Positions 48,224-58,662 of a stretch of 64,000 bases of DNA are shown in pieces; position 1 is the first letter of the stretch; every line of letters begins with the position of its first letter. Source of the DNA: Antechinus flavipes (lineage: Eukaryota); contig NC_067400.1 of assembly GCF_016432865.1 (NCBI RefSeq), forward strand, positions 610,266,001 through 610,330,000, given 5' to 3'. A model generated the notes under the pieces. It worked only from the letters and a program-made list of their open reading frames with translations, was not told where the DNA came from and searched no databases. Position numbers and translations under genes: made by a program.

Positions 48224-49819
48224 CTGTAGGGAGAGGGGAGAAGGAGAATGAGAAGGAGGAAATGAGAGGGGGAGAATCCCACAGGCCTTCCATCCAGTTT
48301 AACCGCCTCAGGTTAGAGGTAAGGAAACGGGCCCCCGTAGTCCCATCAGGTTCCAGGAAGAGGGGCTGCTCTCCCTATCCCTGTGCCCCCAAGACCTGTC
48401 ACACAGAGGGCCTGCTGATGGGGCTGTTACAATCAAGCCCGAGGCCCCTTCTCCTTATGACGGATGATTCCTCCCCAAATCATCCTTTTCCTCTTGAATT
48501 TATTTTGCCGTGGGAGCCTCCAAGATCCTGCTGGCGTTCATCTCTGGCCTCCCGGCCTTGGGATTTTTCTCTGGAACCCTCAGCCCAAACACCGGGGAAA
48601 GAAAGCTGCAGCGTGTCAGGTACCTTTCTGAAGCGGCTCCTTTTCCACTGCCGTGGCAGGCTGGGCCCATGGTGGGGACTCTCCTCTAGCCCTGCTCCCG
48701 ATGTCTGAATGTGTGAATAGAACAGACTTTATCCCTCATGGCTGCATTCCCTATCTATTCTGGCAAGTGATTGCTCCTGTGACCTGGATGAATATTTTCT
48801 TTTCTCTGGGCCTCAGTTTCCCCATCTGGAAAATGAGATTGGATGAGTGACCTTTAAGGATCTCTCAAGCTTGGGAGCTACGAATTCTCTATATAGTAAT
48901 CCTCAAAGTTAAGTCTTAAAAAAAAAAAAAAAAGAATGAATACACTTTCTTTCCCCGATAGAACTTTGGTTTACATGGGTTTGGGCCCCCATATTTACTA
49001 TATCAGAAATTAAACCATTTTGGGATTATTAAAAAAGTAGCTTTTAGCTCTAGGAGGTTCTGAAAGGATTTCAAGAACCAGGGGTTTCCCACACACATTT
49101 CATCGCACCCCGTGTGTGGCCTCCACATTAAACTCCCCTTTCCACCCCAGCGATGGTCCTCAGCCTGCACGTCACTGAAGGAAGCTCCCTCTTCTCCCCG
49201 ATTCTCCGCTTCCAATCACCTCCAGTTCACCACCACCCATCCCTTGGGCCCCATCTCAGAGGATAAGGGGGCCCTTCCCTTCGCCCTCTCCTCATGCTGA
49301 ATCCTAATGCTGCTTGGCTCTTCCCGTAGCCTGTTCCGTTCTCTTGACCTAATTTCCAGCTTCTTTTTAGCCCCATCGCCATAAACATAACCAGATCGTG
49401 GCCAAGTCTAAAAAAAAATTTGCTTCGACATCCCCTCAAGCGAGTGTCCTAAATCTCCCCTTTCAGAGGAAAACAAAACTCCTGGCCCATTTTCACCCCC
49501 ATTTTCTCACTTCCTACTCACTTTTCAACCCCTGGAAATCCAGCTGCCGTTCCCCCTCCTGCTGAAACTGCTTTCCTGAGGACTATTTTATTGGCTTTTC
49601 TTAGGTCTGGCTGACCTGCAGTGTTCCAACGCTGGTCACCACCCCTTTCTCCTTGGTTTTGGTGACCCTGACCACTGGTCAGGATCCTCTACCTCAACCT
49701 CCCTGTGGAAGCTCTGAGCCTCCTGAGTCTCCCTGGGATCATCCTTCACGTCTAGGACTCTGGGCATGCAGCCGTTTACCTCTGGGATCTGCTCTGGCCC
49801 CCTCTTTTCTCTGACTCAT

Positions 49820-50390
49820 CAGCTCTCATAGGTTTAATCGTCATCTCCATGTGGATGTGTGTGTGAGACTTTTTGTGACCCACTTGGGGTTTTGTTGGCA
49901 GAGATACTGAAGGGGTTTGCCGTTCCCTTCTCCGACTCATTTTACAGATGAGGAAACTGAGGCAGATGGGATGAAGGGACTTCTCCAGGGTCATGCAGCT
50001 AGGAAGTGTCTGAGGATGGGTTTGAACTCAGGTCTTCCTGACTCTATCCGCTGTGCTACCAAAGGCCGTTGGAACAGCCACATGGAAATGTTGGGCAGGT
50101 TGGCAATTGGAGATGCAGGATCAGTCTTTAGGAGAGAAGCTAGGGCTGGATATAGAGGAGTAGCTCGGTGTGCTGTGGATCCAAGTTTGGGCTGGAAGTC
50201 AGGAGGACCCGAGTTCAAATCCAACCTCAGACACGTCCTAGCTGGGTGACACTGGGTAAGTCATTTCACTCTGCTTGCCTCCGTTTTCTTCTCTGTAAAA
50301 TGAGCTGGGGAGAGGAAATGGTAAAACCACTCCAATATCTCTGCCAAGAAAATCCCAAATGGGATCACGAAGAGTTGGACATACACTAAA
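49820..50390. mobile_element. MAR1/MIR-like marsupial SINEs (two, opposite orientation)
   Basis: CORE motif CATTTTACAGATGAGGAAACTGAGGC and MAR1-type 3' end CTCCAATATCTCTGCCAAGAAAATCCCAAATGGG. Confidence 0.75.
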
Positions 50391-51060
50391 AACAAGGAAA
50401 CAACAACAAAATGTCTAAACCAGAACTCATTGCCCGCCAACCTCACACTAGCCCTAACTTCCCCATCTGTGTTCAGAGCACTATTTCCCTTTCTAAGCCA
50501 ATCCAATCTGATCCACGCATCAGGCAGATCCTACGTGCCGGATGCTGTGCCAACCTCCAAGGACATTTAATAAGAAGGGAGTCACCACGAACTGAGGGGT
50601 TCTGGGACCCCAGAGTCACTCTGGACTCTGCACTCCCCTCATCCAATTTGTGGCTAGATCTCGTTGCCTCTAGTGCTCACTGTCTTTCCCACACTTCCTC
50701 TTTACCCCAGGGCTCAGGACTTCTTAACTGTCCCACTGCAAGTTGCCTCAATTCTTTCCCCTTTCAACCCACCGCTGTCCAATCGGTCTGGGCCTCTCCT
50801 TGTCCTGCTCAAGAAACTCCTGTGGCTCCCTCCTGCCTCTAAGATAAAAGGCTGCCTTCTCTGTTGGGCTCTCAAAGCCTTTCAGAGTCTGGTTCCGATT
50901 GATCTTTCCAGCCAGTCTGAACAATCCAGCCAAACTGCTCTCTGGCTGTTCCTCGTACACGACAATACATCTTCCCTCTGATGTGTACTAACTTTCCCTG
51001 CATGTTTGGAATGCTCTCCCTCTTCATCTTTCTCTTGAAATCCCTAGTTCCCTTCCAAAC
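50390..51060 (+). mobile_element. L2 LINE fragment
   Basis: ATGTCTAAACCAGAACTCATT...CTCAAGAAACTCCTGTGGCTCCC L2 signatures. Confidence 0.65.
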
Positions 51061-51083
51061 TCAGCCTGAGACCGATTACCTTC

Positions 51084-51275
51084 CAGGCATCCTCAAACTT
51101 TTTAAATAAGGGGCCAGTTCCCTGTCCCTCAGACTGTTGGAGGGCCAGACTCTAGTAAAAACAAAAACTTTGTTTTGTGGGCCTTTAAATAAAAAAACTT
51201 CATAGCCCTGGGGAAGGGGGATAAACGTCCTCAGCTGCTGCATCTGGCCCGTGGGCCGTAGTTTGAGGACCCCTG
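51084..51275. mobile_element. Non-autonomous hAT DNA transposon (OC1/OposCharlie1-like MITE), 192 bp
   Basis: 16 bp TIRs CAGGCATCCTCAAACT and AGTTTGAGGACCCCTG (14/16 match). Subterminal TTTTTAAATAAGGGGCCAG and GGCCCGTGGGCCGTAG resemble OC1 ends. No 8 bp TSD recognisable. Confidence 0.8.
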
Positions 51276-51495
51276 TATCTATATTATACTTCTATGCTAT
51301 ACCTTTTATATGATACTAAATTCTATACTATACCTGTTATACTATACTAAATTCTATAAGATACCATATTAGGTTCTATATTATACCTGTTATGCTACAC
51401 TAAATTCTAGGCTATACTTTTTATATGATACTAAATTCTATACTATACTAGTATATATACTAGGTTCTACTATGTTAGGTTCTATACTATCCTAA
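51276..51495. repeat. TA-rich tandem repeat (CTATACTATAC/TAAATTCTATA-like)
   Basis: Read directly; abuts the hAT TIR. Confidence 0.85.
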
Positions 51496-51554
51496 GTTCT
51501 TCCTTATTGTTTCGCTGCCAAATTACTTTGTGTCCATTTAATATTTATCTGAAT

Positions 51555-51780
51555 ACATCTGTCAGGAGGCAGCTGGGTGGCTCAGTGGATGGAGTACCAG
51601 GCCTGGAGTCAGGAAGAGCCGAGTTCAAATCCAGCCTCAGATACCTATTACTTGTGTGACCCTGAGCAAGTCCCGTTTGTCTTAATCTACTGGAGAAGGA
51701 AATGACAAACCTCTCCAGTATCTTTACAGAGAAAATCCCCTGGACAGTATTGGGGCGCTATGTCCACAAGGTCAGAGAGG
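51555..51780 (+). mobile_element. Marsupial tRNA-derived SINE
   Basis: GGCAGCTGGGTGGCTCAGTGG A box and GAGTTCAAATCC B box, with MAR1-like tail. Confidence 0.75.
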
Positions 51781-53656
51781 TAGAATCAGTCAGTAAGTAT
51801 TTAGTAAATACCTGCTGTATACTGGAGGAGGAAACTGTAAACCTCTCTACCCTGGCCAAGAAAACGCCACTTACAATAATGGAGTGCCATATGTTTACAA
51901 CAAAACACATGTGACTTTTCTCCAATAGAAATTTTTAAAATGTATTTTTTACTTTTGGAGGCAAAAGGGGTTAAATGACTTGCCTGGGGTCAGAGGGCTA
52001 GTAAGTAGAACAGAAGCTTCCTGAGGGGTTCTGTACCCCCAGTCCATGATTTGACTGTGAGTTCCATTCCGTGAATGCTCTCCACCTTCAGAGAGAGAAC
52101 CGATGATCTCTGAGAGCAGAGGGAAGCAGATTTTTACACCTTATTTTTCTGGTGTATTTTCTTCGATGTGGCTACTCTGAAAAATGTTTTGCATAACACA
52201 GAAATGCTTTGCATGACTCCGATATCATATTGTCTGCCTTCTCAGGAGTGGAGGAAGGGCAGGAGGAAAGCAAAAATCTGGAACTCAACGCTTTGAAAAA
52301 TGGATGTTAATTTCTTTTTAATTGTGAAATAGTTAATGAAATAAATAATTTTTTCAGAAAACTGTGAGCTCTTTGAGGGCAGGGGCTATTTTGCTTTTTT
52401 TTTTTTTTTGGGCACATAGTAGGTATTTATTGCCTGACTGATGCCTGCTGAGTTGAGTTCTTGAAATCCCAGCTTAAGTACTAACTCCTCCCAGAAGGCT
52501 CTGGTGATTCCCCTCCGATATCCATTCACTGAGTTTTCATTTCCTTCCTGAAGTTACTTTGGGGTGCTCCTTGCATGGTTTTACAGGAGAAGAGGCCTGG
52601 CCTGGGAGTTATCAGAGGACAAGAATTCAAATCCTCCTCTGGATGCTTATTAAAAACCCAGGCCTCATCCCCCTGGGTCTCAGTTTCTTATCTACAAAGC
52701 AAGGGGTTAGATCAGATGACCCCAGAAGGCTCCACCCAGCTGTGGTGATTTCTTTATTTCCCTCGTTCTCATCTCCCCCTCCCCAAAATACAAGCTCCTT
52801 GTGGGCACGAATAGTATTTATTTTTATTTTTTTAAATCTCTGACTCCCCTCGGTCTTACCAGGCCCTATTTATGTTTAAATTGAACTGAATCCTCCGTGG
52901 AGCTGGGTCAGGGCCCCCAGGGGTCCCTCTAAGCCGCCTCCTCTCCCCCCTGCCCGTCGCAGCACTGGGGCACGAGTTCCCCACCGGGCAGAATTGTTTA
53001 GAAATCCGGTTTCCTGAAACATCTCCGAGTCTGGGTGCCTTCTTTAAATGGCATCCTAAACTTAGCTCGGGTACCCAGCTCCCAGCCTCGCCCGCCCTCC
53101 CCACCCCGGCCGAACCTGGTTAGTCTGGGGCCACATCCTTCCGCCGCTCCCGGAGAGGAAGCTGGGGGTGGGGTGAGGGCTGGGGACTCTAGGTCCCCAT
53201 TCTCCGCGCCCACAGCTCCCTGGCCGGACACAGTGCGCGGCACAGGGTAGGCGCTTAATAATTGCTGCCTTGACTCGGGGTTGACCGAGTTGTGAAACCC
53301 CAAGTTATGCAACAGAGCTCCACGAAGGGAAGGTGCTTAGAGATCTCTGCAACATTACTAGGTGCTGCAGCAGGAAGCGGGTCCCCGGAGGGGAAGGGGC
53401 TCGTCCGAGGTCTCTCCGGGGCGTTGGCAGAGGGGGGGCGGGTGGCCAGAGCACCCCACTCCCCCACGCCGGAGCTGCCTTCCAGATTCTTCCCTCGGGA
53501 TCACTCCCATCCTTCCTGCTGCGGCCCCCGGCGTCCCACGTGGGCGCCAGGGCAATCTAGGGACACGGGTGGGGGAGGGGCCCCCACGGAAAGGAGGCGG
53601 GAGCCGATCCCCAGCCCCACTGGGGTTCCGGGCAACCAGTCTCCGCCCCTACCTAC

Positions 53657-53715
53657 CTAAAGACTGTGCCCACGTACTGGAAGAACACGAGGTAGCGCGC
53701 GCGGGGCGAGTCCAT
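53657..53715 (-). CDS. PUSL1: tRNA pseudouridine synthase-like 1, exon 1
   Basis: GCCATGG start; MDSPRARYLVFFQYVGTVF plus AG|GTAGGT; 59 nt. The 8 exons sum to 933 nt = 310 aa. Confidence 0.95.
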
Positions 53716-53900
53716 GGCCGCGTGGGAGGGGGCGGGTCGGCCCGCCGCGCGTGCCCGCCCCCGGCCCAGCGGACCCCGCCCTCCCGCGGCGCGCGCGCCG
53801 GCCGGGCTCGGACTCCAAGGCCACCGCGCGCGATTGGACAGGAGAAGGGGGCCGGAGGGAGGGGTGAAGTGGAAGCGCGAGTGGGGCGGGGCCTCCACTT
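53716..53900 (-). promoter_or_regulatory. PUSL1 CpG-island promoter
   Basis: CpG-dense; CCAAT (ATTGG at 53833-53837) and GC box GGGGCGGGG at 53883-53891. Confidence 0.7.
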
Positions 53901-54271
53901 AGGGAGCGGGGAGCAAGTGATGACCGCGTTCGGGACGCACAGAGGGCGGGTCGCGAGGGGCCAGTCTCCCCTAGGAGCGCGCCCTCTTTGCCCTGGACCC
54001 AAAGACTGTGTCAAGACCAAAGGACGGCGTTGCTGGCCTGGGGCTGCCCAGAAGGTCTCCTCCGGCCTCCGCTCCCCAGATCGCTGGAGACGCGTCCCGG
54101 TGCTTTGGGGTCCGCGCCTTCTCTGAGCCCACCGTGCCCTGGAGTCTGGCGTTGGAGGCTTGTTTTTGAGGGGTCCTGTGTGACCCCTTCCCCCAGTTTT
54201 ATTGCTGTATCTGTCATAATGTCTCTGCTTCTCTATATTCCTGTCTCTCGTCTCCGTCACTGTCTCTCTCT

Positions 54272-54274
54272 CTC

Positions 54275-54326
<52 letters not shown>
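54272..54326. repeat. (TC)n/(CA)n microsatellite
   Basis: Read directly. Confidence 0.9.
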
Positions 54327-54328
<2 letters not shown>

Positions 54329-54869
54329 CCCGTTAACAGGGCACCTCTGTGCGGAGAGACCCAAAAAGCGAACGATCCGGAAGTCCGCTCGCTGGCCTGG
54401 CTTCGGTCCGCTGGCACGAGAACGCTGACTGGATCGTTTCCCCACCGCCCCTCCCCCCTCCATTCACTGCTCCTGCCCAACTCGACTCCGCGCTCCGGAA
54501 CACACCCAGAACTCGCGGACACCGGGAATCCCAGAGAGCCCGAGCAGGAGAGGGACTCCGAGGCGGGCGAGGCTCGGACCTGAGCGCGCATCCGTCGGAC
54601 AGGACCTTCCCCCCTCCCCCCCAGCGGTCGGTTGGCCAACCAACCTTTGCTGGAAGCCCTCCAGCGATGGAGAATGACTTTCCTGGCAGTCCGGGCAGCC
54701 CATTCACTCTGCGAGAGCTGGAATTGTAGATTTTTTCCTCTCTCTGAACCTCAATTTCTCTGTGAACCTTTCACCCATTACTTTTGGGTTCTGCCTTCTG
54801 GGACCTTTGATAATTTCCTAAATAATAGCCCTTCAAGTATTTGAAGACAGCCAGCAAGTGTGGTCCTCC

Positions 54870-55092
54870 CCCACCCCTCTCTCCTTTCATCTCTCCCTCC
54901 TCTCTTCTTTTCCTGCTCCCCTCTCCTTCCCTCCTCTTTTCTTCTCTCATCTCTTCTTCTCTTCTTTTCCCCTCTACTCCCCTCCATCAGTCTTCTTTCT
55001 CCTCCCCTCTTCTCTCCTCTCTCCCCTTTTTCCTCTCCTCCCCTTCTCTCCTTTTTCTCTCTCTGCTCTCCCCTCCTCTCCTCCCTTCTTCA
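54870..55092. repeat. CT-rich low-complexity tract
   Basis: Read directly; explains the Ser/Pro/Leu and Glu/Arg ORFs here. Confidence 0.9.
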
Positions 55093-57539
55093 TCAAAGGT
55101 ACAAAACCAAGTATTTTTCTCGAGCCAAAGGAAGATCCTTCTCCAAGGGAAGGTCCCAGAAGGGGCCTGTGTGATTTCATAGGATAGGGGAGGAACTCTG
55201 AAAGGCTTTGCTGTTCATACAGCCTCGGAGAACTAACTGCCTGGGGTCAGAGGGACATCCCTTGAGGTGATGACCTCTTAATCTCGGTCTCTGAAGCTAG
55301 CTGATATCTTTGAAGTGCATAGAGTGCTGAGCTTAAGAGTCAGGAAGTTTCTATTCTTTCACAGATCCTTAGGGGCTGTATGACCCTAGGCAGATCACAT
55401 TTCCCTGCCTCAGCTATCCCATCTATAAAATGGGGATAATTATAGCATATACCATCCAGGATTGTTGTGAAGATCAAAGTAGACAATATCTGTAATAAAC
55501 TATGTAGATACTATTATTATCATCATCCCTTTATGAGGGGAGCAAAACCCTCCTCCCCGCCCCCAGAGCTCCTCAGGTGGTGAGTAAAGAATGTTTGCTG
55601 ACTGGGCAATAAAGGTTTACATTTTTCTAGTGGTTTTATGCTTGCGAAGCCCTGGACATTCAGTAGAGCCTTACTACACCCCCATTTTTCTGTTGGAAAA
55701 ACTGAGACTTGGAGGAACAAAGTGGTTTGTTCGGAGTTGTACAACTAGGACAACTGTCAGAGTTGGCAGCTGAGCCAGGGTCTGAACCCGATTCCAAGTC
55801 CAGTGTTCTGTGCACTGCACCATGCTGCCTTTATAACCAGCCTCAGCCTGAATCCCCCTCTTCCTCCCTCCCCAATCCTATTTAATTCCACATTCATCGG
55901 ACAAGCTGTGTGGAGGCATTGTACTCAGAAGCCAGCCACTCTCTTCCATGTCTATTTATTCCCGGGGTTCAGCACAGTGCTTGGCACACAGTAAGAGTCT
56001 AATAAATGCTTTTCCATTCATTCATTCATAGCTGGGATACCAGCATGGAGCCCTGCCCATATTAAATGTTATAGGCATTCATTGGATTGAGGAGAATGAG
56101 AAGATCGCTCATTTAGAGCTGGAAGCTTCCCTAGAGATCATAGAGCCAATTCTCTCCTTTATGGACGAGGAGGCTGACGGGAGGGTAAGTGGTTTGCCTG
56201 TGGGCCCACCGGTGGGGTCTGAAATGAGATCCCAGCACTCCTCTGAACTCCAGGGTCCCAGGCCCTGGCCCCCGGGGCTCCCTGCCCGCCAGTGGCTCCC
56301 TGCCTCCGGGAGCTTACTGCTTTCTAGGGCAACCTACTAAGACGGGAGTCCTCTGAACAGCTAGGTGGCGCCATAGCGCATAGCGGGCTGGGCTTGGAAT
56401 CAGGAAGATACCTTCATGAGTTCAAATCCCACCTCACACTTTGTAGCTGTGATCTTGAACAGGTCATTTAACCCGACTTGCCCTCCCCTCCCCTCTCCCC
56501 CCCAACTCTCTCATACACACGAAGCATAGAGGGGCTTAGAGAGGCAGAGCTTGAGAAATTTGAGGAGGAGCTTTCTGTTGAAAGAAGTCCTAGAAGAGCA
56601 CTGGGGTTCTAGAGCTAGTGCTCCTGGGAGAAGATGGGCCATGAACTCGGCTGGGAAGGAAGAGAGGGATATTGAGGCAGAGATGGGGAAGGAGTTCATT
56701 CCAGACACAGGCTCGCTTGAATTCTGGGAGAGGAACAGGGAGAGGAAGAACAAGGAGCTGGTTGGAGTGTCCAGTGAGAAAAGGAGGGATGGGAAATGAG
56801 GGCGGAAGTAGGCTCCAAGCAAATCCAGAGTGGCCTTCAGTGCCGAGGCAGAGAGCTTGTGTTTATCCTTAGGAAAGAATCGTTAGCAGAGGAATTATCA
56901 GATTAAAGACCAGGAGCTGGGAAGATGCTCTGAAGCCATCAAGTCAAAGTCCCATAGATCCTAGGTTCCTACACCCAGTGCCCGGAATCTGATAGGCGTT
57001 GATACATGCTCATTGACTGACTAGATGACCTTCCATTCTGGTTCTAGGGATCCCTCCCACTGGCACAGGGGATGACTGTGGAGGCTGGAGCCCAATTAGT
57101 CACGGACTTGCTAACCTCGCAGGAACCGCAGCCCCACCCGGAGGTCACCCAGTCTGTCTGGGTTCCAGGTGTTGGAGATTTCGGGGCCACCTCCGCAACT
57201 GAAGGACGCCGGGGGAGCGCCGAGGGGCCTCACCGTGCCGAGGACATCCCCTCGAGGAGCCCCTTTCGTTAAAAGGGCAGAGGCCGCGGGGTGCATCGAA
57301 GTGGGGAGATAGAGAGCCCGGAGTGCTGGGAGCCCTGGCTCTAGTACTTACTGACTGGGTGACCTTAGGCTAGCCACGTCACCCCTGAGGACCTCAGTGT
57401 CCTCCTCCACAAAAGGCGGGTCTCCCCAGAGGACCCTCACAGGGTCCCTCCCAGCTCTAAATGGAAGCCCCTGGGATCTCGGGGGTGCCGCCTCCGAGAG
57501 GGGGAGGAGTCAGAGGCGCCGGACAAAGGCCGGGCAGAT

Positions 57540-57860
57540 GTAAATGACACGCCGGTGCCCGGGGAGGGGCTTACGGGGAAGGGGGCGCGGCGGCGGCGGC
57601 GGCGGCGGCGGCGGCAGGACTTTGGCGACGCTCCCTGCGCGGTGACAGGCCCGGCGGGGCGGGCCGGGGCGGGCCGGGGCGGGCCGGAGCGGGCGCTGCA
57701 GCGGCCTCATTCCCCAGCCCGGGCGGGCGGGCTGGCTGGAGAGCGAGCGGAGCCGACGGGAGCGGGCGGAGCGGAGCGCAGCCCGGCCGGGGCGAGCTGG
57801 GGTGGCCATGGCACTGGCGCTTCCACTCTGAGAGCCCGGGCCGCGGGCGGAGCCGCAGAA
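57540..57860 (+). promoter_or_regulatory. ACAP3 CpG-island promoter / 5' UTR with (GGC)9
   Basis: Very high CpG density, several GGGGCGGG boxes, (GGC)9 at 57589-57615, directly upstream of the ACAP3 ATG. Confidence 0.75.
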
Positions 57861-57907
57861 ATGACGGTGGAGTTCGAGGAGTGCATCAAGGACTCGCCCC
57901 GATTCAG
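57861..57907 (+). CDS. ACAP3: ArfGAP with coiled-coil, ankyrin repeat and PH domains 3, coding exon 1
   Basis: MTVEFEECIKDSPRF(R) plus AG|GTGAGA donor; 47 nt; synteny with PUSL1. Exon 2 was not found in the window. Confidence 0.93.
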
Positions 57908-58629
57908 GTGAGAAACCTCGGACCCGGGACCGGCCGTGGTCCGGGAGCCCTCGGGACCCCGGGACTCCGCGCGTCCCGAGGGACGGAGCAAGGCAGGGAC
58001 CGGGAGCCATGGCCCGGCCCGAGGGGGACGGGGGGGCAAAGGCGGGGATCGAGACACACCCAGGCGGAGAGGCAGGGGAGACACCCGCCCGGAGACGGAC
58101 ACAGGTCCGGAGACAGAGGGAGACAGGACCCCGGACCCAGAGACCGAGAGCGGCACCCCCCCAGAGAGAGACAGAGGCGCAAAGACACAGANNNNNNNNN
58201 NNNNNNNNNNNNNNNNNNNNNNNNNNNNNNNNNNNNNNNNNNNNNNNNNNNNNNNNNNNNNNNNNNNNNNNNNNNNNNNNNNNNNNNNNNNNNNNNNNNN
58301 NNNNNNNNNNNNNNNNNNNNNNNNNNNNNNNNNNNNNNNNNNNNNNNNNNNNNNNNNNNNNNNNNNNNNNNNNNNNNNNNNNNNNNNNNNNNNNNNNNNN
58401 NNNNNNNNNNNNNNNNNNNNNNNNNNNNNNNNNNNNNNNNNNNNNNNNNNNNNNNNNNNNNNNNNNNNNNNNNNNNNNNNNNNNNNNNNNNNNNNNNNNN
58501 NNNNNNNNNNNNNNNNNNNNNNNNNNNNNNNNNNNNNNNNNNNNNNNNNNNNNNNNNNGAAATAGAGACAGGGACATAAAGAGAGACAAGAGACCCCACA
58601 CCCAGAGATGGAGGCAGACGGAGGCAGGC

Positions 58630-58662
<33 letters not shown>

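Noticed and set aside
56358-56371. CTCF-like CAGCTAGGTGGCGC
   Set aside because: It is the standard 5' end of a marsupial SINE.
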